64,000 nucleotides of DNA, from NCBI GenBank assembly GCA_033763315.1, contig JANRKS010000032.1:352001-416000 (forward strand). The letters are read 5' to 3'. Below are positions 1-9,919 of this stretch, in pieces (position 1 is the first letter of the stretch; each line of letters starts with the position of its first letter). Under the pieces are notes generated by a model. That model was not told where the DNA came from. It ran no database searches and saw nothing but the letters and a program-made list of their open reading frames with translations. The stretch is from Deltaproteobacteria bacterium. Lineage in GTDB: Bacteria; Myxococcota_A; Polyangia; Fen-1088. A program made the position numbers and the translations under genes.

Positions 1-2763
1 CATCTGGTTTGGGTGGGAACGAATCCAAAGACCCCAGGCATGGGCAAGATCAAGTACGACGTTAAGGAGACGCGACTTCCGAGCGGCCTGTGGCTATTGA
101 CGGAGCATGCGGCGGCTCGGGGTATGGTGGCCTTGTCGTTGAATGTGGCGGCGGGAAGCCAAGATGATCCTGCCGATCAGGCGGGGCTCGCGCATTGGGT
201 TGAGCACCTCATGTTCAGGATGCCCGTTGGTCCGAAGGGGCAAACCTATTCGGAACTTATGACCATGATAGGCGCCACGAATGTCAATGCATTCACACGC
301 CCCACATCGACGGAGTTCATCGCTTCCGTGCCGCGCGGGTCGTTGAAGACCGCGCTCACTGTCTTCGCTCGCTTGTTCGACGCTCATCTCGAGCACATCC
401 CTATGGCCCAGGTTGAACTCGAGCGTTCCATTGTCCTTAACGAGTCACTCGATCGGGACGAAACGGGTGAGCCCGGGCAACTGATGGGTTGGATCCACCA
501 AGCCATTTTTCCTGCGGGCCATCCATACATACGGCCTGTGGGCGGAAACCGTGCCAGCATTGCTAAATTCACCATCCCGGACGCTCAAGCCTTCGTCAAT
601 CGTTTGTACGTGCCCTCAAACGCGAGCCTCGCCGTGGTGGGCGATTTGCAGGGCTTAGACTTCGACGAAGAGGTCATTAAGCAGTTGCCTTCTGTGATGA
701 TCAAAAAGGGCAGTTTCGATGCTTCCCCCAAACCGAAAGAAGCCGTGTTCGACGTCGATCTTGCCGCAGTACCCGAAGGCGGTTTCGTCTCGCATAAGGC
801 CGTAGGCATCACGCGGCCACGTTCCGTAAGCCTGTGGCGCCTACCGTCCATTTACGGTCGTGCAGGGCACTATTCGCAGCTGTTCGGAAACACCAAAGTT
901 TTTCAAAAGGTGCTTTGGTACCTCGAACGTCTTGAAGGTGTGCATTCGGCAAGCATTTTCCCCATTCACTATCGCGACGACACACTGCTGGTTTTGTCTT
1001 TAGATTTCGAGGACGCCACGAGGTGGCAAGAAAACACCCAACTCGCCGTTAGAAGTTTGATGCTCCCCTTTGTCTTCAACATCGACGCGCGCTCTAACTA
1101 TGAGTCGCAATTAGAGGAAGAGACGCAACGGTTGGCTCAGACTCGGCAAAGTGTGATCTTGGCGGCGTTGTTGGACTCCGAGCCTTTCGTTCAGCGAACG
1201 ACCCGTTGGTCGGAATTTGCGCTCTATCGAGGCAAAGGAATCTTTTATGTCGAGGCGCTGCAAAGGGTGCTTCAAACTGAGGGCAACTTGGTCGCGGCGT
1301 ATGCACAGTGGCTGTTGGCTCCAGGCCGAGCGCGCGTGATGTTTATCGAGCCCGAAGTGGCACAAAAAGCCGCAGAACTTCCTGTCGTCAACTACGCGCC
1401 AGAAAGCGCGGCCGACATAACGGCGGAAGGGGCGAATTCGTTCCCGTCTCCCCCTGTGGCCGCAGGCCCTCCAGAGTTTGAGCCACACAACCGCAGACTT
1501 TTGACCTTGCCCAATGGCATGCAGGTCGCCTTGCTGAGTCGGAAACAGTTTCCTACCGCCGCGGCTGCCGTGGTGTGGAAGGGGGCTACTTTGCAGTCCA
1601 CGAAGCCTGCTGCGGCCCGCATGCTTCGCCACCTTGAGCGGACGGTGCAGTCGAACGTCAACGGGGGTTGGCTTACGTGGTCGGCTGGCGACGATGTTGA
1701 TGCCGACGTAGATCTTATCCAGGGTGGTTCCGGAAACCTGCACAGCATCCTTTACCGAGTGGCTCAGAAGATTCGGGTCACTGAGAAGCTCTTCGATTGG
1801 GAAGCCGTCTTCGCCCAGGGCACCAAGGAACAGAACAAATCCGAACTGAGCATCAAAGACAATGCGGCTCAGGCGGCCAAACGCGATCCCCGCGAAAAGG
1901 CCTATGAGCAGGTAATACAGCTTCTTTATGGAGCAGACAGTGGTTTTGTCACGGAAGTCAGTGTCGCGCAGATACGCGCTCTGACAGCCGATGATATGAG
2001 GCGCGCCACCGCGCAGCTGCGCAACCCGGCGAACGCCATCGTTGTGCTAGTCGCGGATGAGAGCCTCGATACGATGGAGCAACTTGTTCGTGATTGGTTG
2101 CAAGCCTGGCAGCCAAAAGTCGAACCACTGGCGGTCACGCGCAAGGTCCCCAAGGTTTCTCCGCCTCGTTCCGGCGAGCCGCAAACTGTGGTTGAAGACC
2201 TGCCTGGCGCTCCTTCAATCGAGTTGAAGATCGCCTGCCGGCTGCCAAATGACAAGGACGAGGATGGCGCCATCAACCAGGAAGCTCTCGGCATCTTGGC
2301 GTCGTGGCTTTCGACGAGGCTTCGCTATGACGCTGGCCTGACGTATAACCTGGACGCCAAGGCCAGAACGCTTAGCGGCGGGGCGGCAGATCTGCTTGTG
2401 AGCTTTTCAGTCAATGAAAGCCAGTTCAAGGACGCATTGAGAATCACCAAAGGCGTATGGGCAAGTGTTATGAAAGGAACGATCGACGCGGGCACGCGGA
2501 GTCAGATCGCATGGGCGCGCACAACGCATGACAATCTGCGGTTTCAAACAGCAGCGGAGACGGCAATGGCTACCGCATTTAGTTTGAGCCGAACGCCTGC
2601 TACTGAGAGGCGCCCTGATCTCGGCATGCCGATCATCGGTCTTAGAAAAAGCGCCTCCGATGACGAGATCAAGCGTGCTCTGCGAGTGTGCGAAGGCAGC
2701 ACGATCTTCTCATACGTCGGAAATCGCTCTATCATCGAGAAGGAGCTGGCGACGGCGAAGTAG
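1..2763 (+). CDS. M16 (pitrilysin/insulinase) family zinc peptidase, probably 5'-truncated by window edge
   Basis: Inverted zinc motif HWVEH in 'AGLAHWVEHLMF', plus 'NAFT' and 'HPYIRPVGG'. The second half repeats the 'TLPNGMQV' fold without HxxEH. The frame is open from position 1 to the GTG at 13. Confidence 0.85.
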   Translation, partial: HLVWVGTNPKTPGMGKIKYDVKETRLPSGLWLLTEHAAARGMVALSLNVAAGSQDDPADQAGLAHWVEHLMFRMPVGPKGQTYSELMTMIGATNVNAFTRPTSTEFIASVPRGSLKTALTVFARLFDAHLEHIPMAQVELERSIVLNESLDRDETGEPGQLMGWIHQAIFPAGHPYIRPVGGNRASIAKFTIPDAQAFVNRLYVPSNASLAVVGDLQGLDFDEEVIKQLPSVMIKKGSFDASPKPKEAVFDVDLAAVPEGGFVSHKAVGITRPRSVSLWRLPSIYGRAGHYSQLFGNTKVFQKVLWYLERLEGVHSASIFPIHYRDDTLLVLSLDFEDATRWQENTQLAVRSLMLPFVFNIDARSNYESQLEEETQRLAQTRQSVILAALLDSEPFVQRTTRWSEFALYRGKGIFYVEALQRVLQTEGNLVAAYAQWLLAPGRARVMFIEPEVAQKAAELPVVNYAPESAADITAEGANSFPSPPVAAGPPEFEPHNRRLLTLPNGMQVALLSRKQFPTAAAAVVWKGATLQSTKPAAARMLRHLERTVQSNVNGGWLTWSAGDDVDADVDLIQGGSGNLHSILYRVAQKIRVTEKLFDWEAVFAQGTKEQNKSELSIKDNAAQAAKRDPREKAYEQVIQLLYGADSGFVTEVSVAQIRALTADDMRRATAQLRNPANAIVVLVADESLDTMEQLVRDWLQAWQPKVEPLAVTRKVPKVSPPRSGEPQTVVEDLPGAPSIELKIACRLPNDKDEDGAINQEALGILASWLSTRLRYDAGLTYNLDAKARTLSGGAADLLVSFSVNESQFKDALRITKGVWASVMKGTIDAGTRSQIAWARTTHDNLRFQTAAETAMATAFSLSRTPATERRPDLGMPIIGLRKSASDDEIKRALRVCEGSTIFSYVGNRSIIEKELATAK

Positions 2764-4099
2764 AGGTGAGCAGCCTGGGCGGCAGCGGCGAAGGCGGTTT
2801 CCATCCTTTCGTGATTGCCTCGGCTTCTTTGATCTCAAGCGCCGTCAGCTCTTGGGATGTACCCTTTAGGTACGTCGCACCTCGTTGTGAGCCCCTGAGC
2901 GCGGCCAACATGAACAACCCATAGGCGCGCACCTTGTCTTGGGCCACACCGTCTCCGTTCAAATAGACGAGTGCCAGGTTGGAAAGAGCGTTGGCGTCAC
3001 CCTGTGCGGACGATAGCTCGAACAACCGGACAGCTTCGGGGACATTTTTGTCCACGCCCCGACCATACTGATACATCAATGCGAGGTTATTTTGAGCGTT
3101 GAAATCGCCCATCGCCCTCGCGAGAAAAAACCATTCGAATGCGTGATCAACATTCTGATCCACGCCCCGACCATTGTCATACATGAGGCCCAAATTGTTC
3201 TGCGAGCCCCTGTGGCCTTGTGCGGAGGCCAAGGCATAAAGCTTTGCAGCGAGCTGCGGATTTGGGCGAACGCCGTCACCGTTGTCGTACGCAACGGCGA
3301 GGTTGTGCTGAGCTGGTGCGTAGCCTTGCCTCGCGCCCAACAGGTATAGACCCGCGGCCATCGTTGGATCCGACTCCACACCACGCCCGCTGTCGTACAT
3401 CAGACCAAGGTTGTATTGCGCTTGGACGTTCCCTTGCTTTGCGGACGCCGTGTAAAGTTGAGCCGCTTTCTTCAGATCCTTTGGCACACCTTCACCGGAC
3501 TCATACATGACGGCCAGATTGTATTGCGCAGTCGCATGGTTCTGGGCCGCTGACAGCGTGAGCCACCGGATCGCTTCGTGGACATCTCGCGCCACGCCCT
3601 GGGCGTTGTCGTACATGATCGCAAGGTTGCACTGCGCGCCTGGGTGCCCTTTAGCCGCTGCGGCCTTATAGAACCGCAGCGCCTTCGCTGCGTCTTTGAA
3701 GACGCCCTCACCGTTGTGGTACATCACACCGAGGTCGTTCAGCGCATCCAGTTGACCTTGCTTTGCGGCCAGCTCATACCAATGTCTAGCGCGCGTTAAG
3801 TCTTGCGCCACGCCACGTCCCAGGTAGTGCGCAAGCCCAAGCTGGTACTGTGCCGAAGCGTTTCCTTTGGCAGCCGACCTGTTGAACAAACCAAGCGCCT
3901 CTTCGTAGTTGGGCGCAACGGCGCGCCCTTCGATCAGAAGCTTGCCAAGGTCGTACTGTGCCTTATCGTCCCCCTGCTGCGCGTGCAGCCTCAATTCCTC
4001 AAGCGCCTTCGGTGACATGCCGCCTCCGCTTGTTCGGCAGGCAGTGGCATTCAAGGCGAAAGCGATCAGCAGAATTGCTAGGAGCGGGCGCGGTTGCAT
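2732..4099 (-). CDS. Sel1-like repeat lipoprotein (10 SLRs)
   Basis: Ten 36-aa 'AQYNLGxMYxxGxGVxxDxxxAxxxxxxAAxQG' repeats. Lipobox 'NATAC' follows a hydrophobic signal. Start placed at ATG 4099. Confidence 0.9.
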   Translation of the reverse strand: MQPRPLLAILLIAFALNATACRTSGGGMSPKALEELRLHAQQGDDKAQYDLGKLLIEGRAVAPNYEEALGLFNRSAAKGNASAQYQLGLAHYLGRGVAQDLTRARHWYELAAKQGQLDALNDLGVMYHNGEGVFKDAAKALRFYKAAAAKGHPGAQCNLAIMYDNAQGVARDVHEAIRWLTLSAAQNHATAQYNLAVMYESGEGVPKDLKKAAQLYTASAKQGNVQAQYNLGLMYDSGRGVESDPTMAAGLYLLGARQGYAPAQHNLAVAYDNGDGVRPNPQLAAKLYALASAQGHRGSQNNLGLMYDNGRGVDQNVDHAFEWFFLARAMGDFNAQNNLALMYQYGRGVDKNVPEAVRLFELSSAQGDANALSNLALVYLNGDGVAQDKVRAYGLFMLAALRGSQRGATYLKGTSQELTALEIKEAEAITKGWKPPSPLPPRLLTSTSPSPAPSR

Positions 4100-4209
4100 C
4101 AACCCATGATAAAGCGGCCGCGTCCCATATGGCGAGCACAAAGGCCTCACTGTAGCCATCAAAGTGGCTGATACAACGGAACATCGCCCGCAGTGTAAGG
4201 GGCGTGGCG

Positions 4210-5559
4210 CTAGATGGGCAACTCGTGGCTGCCCGTGAGATCGATTCTGCGCCAGGCGCCCGCGCGAAAGCGCCAGGAAAAAGCGATGGCCAAGAGAACC
4301 AGATACCCCATAAGGCACATCATCGCAGCCACATAGCCCTGGTGGCGCACGCTGACCACATAATAGGCCACCGGCATGAAGGTGAGCCAGGCCAACACCA
4401 CGCGCGCCCACAAGCACCAGGCCGTATCTCCCGCGGACCGCAGAATTTCGCTGAGGCTGATGACCACGGCGTCAAACAATTGCCAGCAGGCGGAGATGGC
4501 CAACATCGTGCGTCCCACGCGGATGAGTTCCGCGGCGTCTTGGCCATCGGGTGCGAAGAGGCTTATGAGATAGCGGGGCAAGGCGAGATAGATGAGGCCC
4601 ACCGATCCCTGCCAAAGGCATGTGATGATCAACGTGTGCTTGAGCACGCCGGGCACTTTGTCTTTGTGATTTTCGCCAATGGCTTGGCCCGCCAAGATGG
4701 CGCCCGCGCAACTGAGGCCAAACGCAGGCATGAACGAAACCGAGTTGATTTGCATCACCACCATGAAGGCGGCCAGCACAGTGGTGCCAAGTTTGGCGAT
4801 GACCACCGTGATGAAGATCCAAAACGCTGTGAACTCGAGGAACCAGTTAAAGCCGTGGGGCACGCCAAAGCGCAGCATGCGCCAAAATTCGCTGGCGCGC
4901 AGGCGCAGCGGCCCCTCGATCTTTCCAGTCATTCGCCGCGTGACGAACGCCCACAAAAGCACGGCCACGCCACACCACGTGGCGATCGAACTGGCCCACG
5001 CCGCCCCCGCCACGCCCAGCGCGGGTGCGCCCCAATGGCCACCGATGAGCGCGTAGTTCAACAGCACGTTGACCACCATTGCCACAACGCTGGCGATCAT
5101 TTGCAAGCGTGTGTTGCCGAGGCCGCCGAACCAGTTGCCCAGCACCTCTGTGGCCACCACGGCGCCAAGGGAAGTGAACCGAATCACAAGGTACGCGCGC
5201 ATCGGCTCGCGCACATTCGCCTCGTAGGGGAACCAGGATAAAAAACGATCCACGCCGAGCGGCGCTGCAAAACCAAGCAGCAAGAACAGCGAGGACAACA
5301 TGAGGCCGTAGTGCCCGTAACGCCGGGCCGCCGCCAGGTCGCCTTTGCCCTTAAACTGCGCCGCGAAGCTTTGCAGGATGTAAGCGAGACCCATCGGGAA
5401 GATCACCATCGCGAAAAAGTTGAGGCCGCCCGTGGTCACGGCCGCCAAAGCGGACTGCCCGAGCGAAGCGCTCATCAAGGCGTCCGAAAAGCCGATCACG
5501 GATTGGGCTGAGCGCGCCAGGATGATTGGCCACGCCAAAGTGAACAGCGTTTTGAGCAT
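4210..5559 (-). CDS. MATE family efflux transporter
   Basis: 'LAWPIIL...D', 'NVLLNYALIGGHWGAPALGVAGAAWAS', 'WQLFDA...ILRSAGDT'; about 12 hydrophobic segments. Start at ATG 5559, 8 bp after the upstream gene. Confidence 0.9.
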   Translation of the reverse strand: MLKTLFTLAWPIILARSAQSVIGFSDALMSASLGQSALAAVTTGGLNFFAMVIFPMGLAYILQSFAAQFKGKGDLAAARRYGHYGLMLSSLFLLLGFAAPLGVDRFLSWFPYEANVREPMRAYLVIRFTSLGAVVATEVLGNWFGGLGNTRLQMIASVVAMVVNVLLNYALIGGHWGAPALGVAGAAWASSIATWCGVAVLLWAFVTRRMTGKIEGPLRLRASEFWRMLRFGVPHGFNWFLEFTAFWIFITVVIAKLGTTVLAAFMVVMQINSVSFMPAFGLSCAGAILAGQAIGENHKDKVPGVLKHTLIITCLWQGSVGLIYLALPRYLISLFAPDGQDAAELIRVGRTMLAISACWQLFDAVVISLSEILRSAGDTAWCLWARVVLAWLTFMPVAYYVVSVRHQGYVAAMMCLMGYLVLLAIAFSWRFRAGAWRRIDLTGSHELPI

Positions 5560-5567
5560 GGTGGCCC

Positions 5568-6215
5568 TTAGAAAGCGCGATCGGGTGGCAAGTCCAGCTG
5601 GTTTTTGGGCAGGCCCGTCCACCAGACGAAATCAACGCCCAACAGAACTGACACAGCGTCAATCGGGCTGCCGGGCAGAAAGCGTGCGCCGAGTGTGGGC
5701 GTGATCGCGAACCCGCCGGAGAATGCCTTCTTGTAGGGGAAAAAATCATAGGAGAGGCCCAGCATATAGAGCGCTCCGTAAGCGCCACGCAATTTGTCGT
5801 CCGGATCAGGTGGGTTCTTCTGGCTGACACTGGCGTAGCCGGCGCCGAAGCCGCCTTGAACGGCGAGCTTGTTCCACACGCGGAACCCTGTTTCGATCAA
5901 CAAGCCTCCGAGCGCCGTGGTTTCATCGCCCTTTTTGCCGCCGGTAAAGTCAAGCCGCAGGCCCATGCTGAACCGCTGCGTGAGCAATTGCCCCAGGCGA
6001 AGGATGGGTACACCCGTAAGCGCCGTGGGGTCGCGTGAGTCGCCTTTGTCCCACAGGAACCCGGCCCCGGCTTCAATGCCAAGCGATGCGTAATAGCCTT
6101 GCCGCGGCGAGGGCGGCTCAAGCACTGTGTTGGGTGTGGTTTGTGCAAACGCGGGCGACGCAAGCGTGGCCACAAGCGCGCCACAGAGAAGCAGAGTGTG
6201 CCGTTTCATCGTCAT
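5568..6215 (-). CDS. small outer-membrane beta-barrel protein (hypothetical)
   Basis: Signal peptide ending AFA-Q, amphipathic Gly/aromatic beta-strands, GGAGG RBS; lies within the TonB operon. Confidence 0.65.
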   Translation of the reverse strand: MTMKRHTLLLCGALVATLASPAFAQTTPNTVLEPPSPRQGYYASLGIEAGAGFLWDKGDSRDPTALTGVPILRLGQLLTQRFSMGLRLDFTGGKKGDETTALGGLLIETGFRVWNKLAVQGGFGAGYASVSQKNPPDPDDKLRGAYGALYMLGLSYDFFPYKKAFSGGFAITPTLGARFLPGSPIDAVSVLLGVDFVWWTGLPKNQLDLPPDRAF

Positions 6216-6224
6216 TGCCTCCGC

Positions 6225-8936
6225 CTAGAACTCGGCCCGAATGCCAATGATAGGCACGAGCGGCAAACCCTGTTGTGTCTTTGATTGACGGTAGTTGAAG
6301 TTGTATTGCAACCCTTCGGGGTTCGACCGGTTGTACACGTTCTGGATGTCAAGATACGCGTTCAACATCCACCGGTCGTAGATCCACTTTTTATCCACGC
6401 GGAAGTCAAGCTGGTGAAAAGCGCCTGAGCGCGCGGTGTTGGCTTGGCCATAAACCGGATCATAACGATCGGCAACCGAGTTGTAGAGCGCGCCAACCAC
6501 AGGCGTGCGGGGGTTGCCACTGACGAGACGGAACCGGCCGCCCACTTGCCAATTGCGCGGCAAAAGGTAACTGCCCAGCACGGTGAGGATGTGCGGCTGG
6601 TCGTAATCGAACAAGCGTGATTCCGTTTGGCCCGAATCGCGGCGCTTGGAGCGCGACAAGGTGTACGCGATCCATCCGGTGAAGTTGCGGTTGAACTCGT
6701 GACGAATCACCGCCTCCATACCGTAAACCTGCCCCTCGCCTTTGTTGTCATAGCGCAACGGCTTATTCATGCCGTTCTCCACAACTGTGGCGTCTGTTTG
6801 GCTGATGAGGTTGTAGAGGTCTTTATAGAACCCGGTGATGTCGAAGGTGAGGTAGGGGCGGGGGCGGTATTCGGCGCCGGCCGAATAGTGTAAAGCGCGC
6901 TCGTTCTTGACGTTCACGTTGCCGAAGTCCGCGGAGTTTTCCCAAGGCTGCGGCCCCTGCGAAAACAGGCCCACGCCGCCTTTGAGCACCCATTGCGTGT
7001 TAAGTGAGTGGCGCATGGTGACGCGTGGCTGAACCACCACCTCTTTGACCTGCGTTGAATAATCGAGGCGGACGCCAGGCAGCACCAATAGCTTGCTGGC
7101 AAGCCGAATCTCGGCCTCGGCGAACGCGGCGGGCAGCCAGTTGTCGTCGTTGTTGAATTCCGCCGTGATGGCCTTGGAAGCGTCGAACTCAGACTGTGGT
7201 TGCCCCTCTTGTGGAGGCGGCGGCAACCGAATGAGCCCCGAAGCGCGGTTGAACAACATATCAACGCCGTAGCGCAAAGTGATGCGGTCGCTCAGCTTTT
7301 GCTCCACGGTGTCGCGGATCTGTGAGCTGTACGTGGTCAGATCAAACACCAGGTTGCCCACGCGGAAATTGAACCAGTCGCGGCCTTGCGAGACGCGCAG
7401 ATAGTTGGAGAACGACGGGCTTGGCACATAGCGATAGCTGGTGGCCGATCGGTAAAACGTGGTGCTGGCAGAAAACGCGTTGTCAGTGACAGACGTGTCC
7501 AGCAAGGCAGGGTTGTTGAACAACAGCTTCAAGCTGTCGTCGGCGCCAAAAAAGAAAAAACGCAGATCGTGGGCGGGCGCCGGTCGGTAGTTGGCCAGCA
7601 ACTGGTAATCGTAATAGCGCGGCGCCGCGACAACGTTGACCGCGGCGTCATCGGGAACAGCGGCGTTGATGATGAAATCGATGTAGCTGCGGCGGCCGGC
7701 AAACGCGATCGAGCCTTTGTCACCAAGAGGCGTTTCCAGGTAAAGACCCGTGTCGAGGATGCTCACGTCGGCGTAGCCGTGCGTGCTCTTGGGCAGCTTG
7801 CGCTTGGTGCGCACGTCAATGACGCCGGCGGTGGCGCGGCCATATTCAGGCGCGTAGTTGCCGGGGTAAAAATCGATGCCGTCCAGCATGCCGATCGGGA
7901 TCACGCTGCGCAGGCCGCCGAAGTGATAGATGTTTGGCACTTCCACGCCGTCAACGAACACCTTGGTGTCCTCTGGGGCCGAACCGCGCACGATGATCTG
8001 CCCGCTGCCCAAGGGCGCGCGCGCCACACCGGCAAAGTTCTGCACAATCGAAAGCGGATCGCCTGCGGTGCCCGGAACTTTATCGATTTCGGCGGCCGAG
8101 ATAACGGTACGGCTCACCTCTTTGCGCGGGCGCGTGGCCGTCACTGTGACGTCGTAGGGGTTGTACGACGCTCGTTCTTCGTAATACGTCACATCAATGG
8201 CTTCGCCCTTGACGATGTCTTCCGTGGTGCGGAAGGGATAATACCCAGGCGCTTCAGCCAACACTTTCCACGCACCCTCGGGCAGATCGAAGAACTTGAA
8301 GTGGCCTGTGTTGTCGGTGGTGGCTTCATAGCCAATGGGTTGAGGGCCATCATCGCGGAACACGGTGACGATCACGCCAGGCAAAGGCGCGCGCGTGCCG
8401 CGTTCAAGCAACACACCGGTGAAGTTGGCCACGGGGGCCCTCGCCGGTTTTGCGGGCTGTGCGGGAGGCGTTTGGCTGGGATCGGCGTTGGGCGCGGGTT
8501 GAGCAGGAGCCTCTGGCGCGGGCGCGGCCGCCGCCAACGTGAAGTGGTACTTGTACGCCAGCTGCACGGCGATGGGTTTCCCGTTGACCTCGGCAGGCTC
8601 AAACTCAAACGTTTGCGCCGCGATCGTGGCGGCTTCTTCGAAGCCCAGGCCCGGCGCTGTGCATTCCACAACGCTTGCCGCATCGATGAGGCCCTTGTCG
8701 TTGATGTCCAGCAACAACGTCACATCGGCCTCAATGCCCTTGGCCTTGGCCTCCGCGGGGTAATCGGCCTGGGTGAACTTCGTTTGCTTGGGAACCTTGC
8801 TGAGCTTCGTGGCGTCGATGTTCTCGCGCGCTTGGGCGCCCGCAGGATTGCCAGCGGCGCCGTTGACGCCTTGAGCGTGCGCTGTGGCTGTGAACGCACA
8901 CACCGCCAAGCACGCCGCGTTTTGCAACCACTTCAT
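6225..8936 (-). CDS. TonB-dependent receptor with N-terminal TonB C-terminal-like and carboxypeptidase-regulatory-like domains
   Basis: N-terminal 'YPAEAKAKGIEADVTLLLDI...FEPA' (TonB_C); plug 'PGTAGDP...IVRGSAPEDT...YHFGGL'; barrel ending 'NVYNRSN...GIRAEF'. ATG 8936 overlaps the upstream stop (ATGA). Confidence 0.9.
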   Translation of the reverse strand: MKWLQNAACLAVCAFTATAHAQGVNGAAGNPAGAQARENIDATKLSKVPKQTKFTQADYPAEAKAKGIEADVTLLLDINDKGLIDAASVVECTAPGLGFEEAATIAAQTFEFEPAEVNGKPIAVQLAYKYHFTLAAAAPAPEAPAQPAPNADPSQTPPAQPAKPARAPVANFTGVLLERGTRAPLPGVIVTVFRDDGPQPIGYEATTDNTGHFKFFDLPEGAWKVLAEAPGYYPFRTTEDIVKGEAIDVTYYEERASYNPYDVTVTATRPRKEVSRTVISAAEIDKVPGTAGDPLSIVQNFAGVARAPLGSGQIIVRGSAPEDTKVFVDGVEVPNIYHFGGLRSVIPIGMLDGIDFYPGNYAPEYGRATAGVIDVRTKRKLPKSTHGYADVSILDTGLYLETPLGDKGSIAFAGRRSYIDFIINAAVPDDAAVNVVAAPRYYDYQLLANYRPAPAHDLRFFFFGADDSLKLLFNNPALLDTSVTDNAFSASTTFYRSATSYRYVPSPSFSNYLRVSQGRDWFNFRVGNLVFDLTTYSSQIRDTVEQKLSDRITLRYGVDMLFNRASGLIRLPPPPQEGQPQSEFDASKAITAEFNNDDNWLPAAFAEAEIRLASKLLVLPGVRLDYSTQVKEVVVQPRVTMRHSLNTQWVLKGGVGLFSQGPQPWENSADFGNVNVKNERALHYSAGAEYRPRPYLTFDITGFYKDLYNLISQTDATVVENGMNKPLRYDNKGEGQVYGMEAVIRHEFNRNFTGWIAYTLSRSKRRDSGQTESRLFDYDQPHILTVLGSYLLPRNWQVGGRFRLVSGNPRTPVVGALYNSVADRYDPVYGQANTARSGAFHQLDFRVDKKWIYDRWMLNAYLDIQNVYNRSNPEGLQYNFNYRQSKTQQGLPLVPIIGIRAEF

Positions 8937-9919
8937 TGGGGCGCCTCCACCAAAGTCACAAGGCCCCAGGTCCAGGCAACACCGCCGCGGTTGTCGCGAA
9001 TCACCGCCACCACTTTCGATTGCGTGCCTGGATATTTCTTGGCGATGGCCGGCCGCCAATCCGTGGTGGTGGCATCTTCCAACTTGGTTTTGCCGGCGAT
9101 GAAGCCGGTGCGTTCATCGTCGGTTGTGCCCGCGTCGATGAACCACGAAATGAATAAGCGTTCTTGTGAGGGCACAGGTTCGCCACGCTCATTGCGATCG
9201 ATGGATGGCTCGGCGCTGGCAAGCGGCACAACCGCGCGCAGGCGCATCGCACGCTGACGAAACGCGATTGCCAGGCCGTCGGTGGTAAGACTCTGCGGTT
9301 CGGCCTCAGGGTCATCCGAATCTTTTTTGAGCTGTTGCCCTGTGAGCCCCGAGATCTGCGGGTTGGTGTTCGGCAACGCGGCGGGATCGTACGCGAGATC
9401 CAGCGTGCGCACCGTTGTGACGGTGTCGGTCACGACGCCCGCTTTGCTGCTGGTGGCCACCATTTTGATCTGAATGGGGAAGCCGTTGGTGCAGCTAAAG
9501 ACGCTAAAGCCGGAAGCGGTTTCGTTGTTGCAAAGCATGGCCAGTATCGCGGCGGGAATGTTGTTCGTGAACGTGGCCGTGGGTTCAGTGCCCAAGTTAA
9601 ACGGCGGCAATTGCGCGGCGGCTTCGGGCCCCAGAATTTGCGCCAGCTGTGATTCTTGAACCAAGCACGGCGATCCCTGGTTTGCGGGCCCCGCCACGGG
9701 GCACCACGACCACGCATAGGTCACGATTTCATCCGCAGGGGCGAACACCAGGGGCGAAAGCGTGGTGGTTTGCCCAAACGCGGGCGACACCGGTTCGCTC
9801 TGCACCGCCAACACGCGCAAACCTTCGAGCCTGTTGTAGGGCGCGAAGTCCTCGCTGCAACTGGCTGCGGCCAGGGCCACACAGGCCCAGCCGAGCGTGT
9901 TCATGATGGTTCGTCTCAT
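8933..9919 (-). CDS. lipoprotein associated with TonB-dependent receptor
   Basis: Lipobox 'AAASC', 'LRVLAVQSEP', C-terminal 'VIRDNRGGVAW'; translationally coupled on both sides. Confidence 0.75.
   Translation of the reverse strand: MRRTIMNTLGWACVALAAASCSEDFAPYNRLEGLRVLAVQSEPVSPAFGQTTTLSPLVFAPADEIVTYAWSWCPVAGPANQGSPCLVQESQLAQILGPEAAAQLPPFNLGTEPTATFTNNIPAAILAMLCNNETASGFSVFSCTNGFPIQIKMVATSSKAGVVTDTVTTVRTLDLAYDPAALPNTNPQISGLTGQQLKKDSDDPEAEPQSLTTDGLAIAFRQRAMRLRAVVPLASAEPSIDRNERGEPVPSQERLFISWFIDAGTTDDERTGFIAGKTKLEDATTTDWRPAIAKKYPGTQSKVVAVIRDNRGGVAWTWGLVTLVEAPQ

Noticed and set aside
4100-4417. N-terminal extensions given by the ORF track (also for Spy 30368-30889, TBDR 8937-9059, anti-sigma 45620-45757, HAD 32526-32672)
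   Set aside because: They overlap neighbouring genes. Downstream ATGs with RBS, signal peptides or ATGA coupling are better starts.
7386-9257. 623-aa plus-strand ORF, and similar long antisense ORFs (4204-5241, 32502-33983, 35653-36774, 43699-44937, 51626-52876)
   Set aside because: They lie antisense to well-supported genes and have no recognisable motifs. Such shadow ORFs are expected in high-GC coding DNA.
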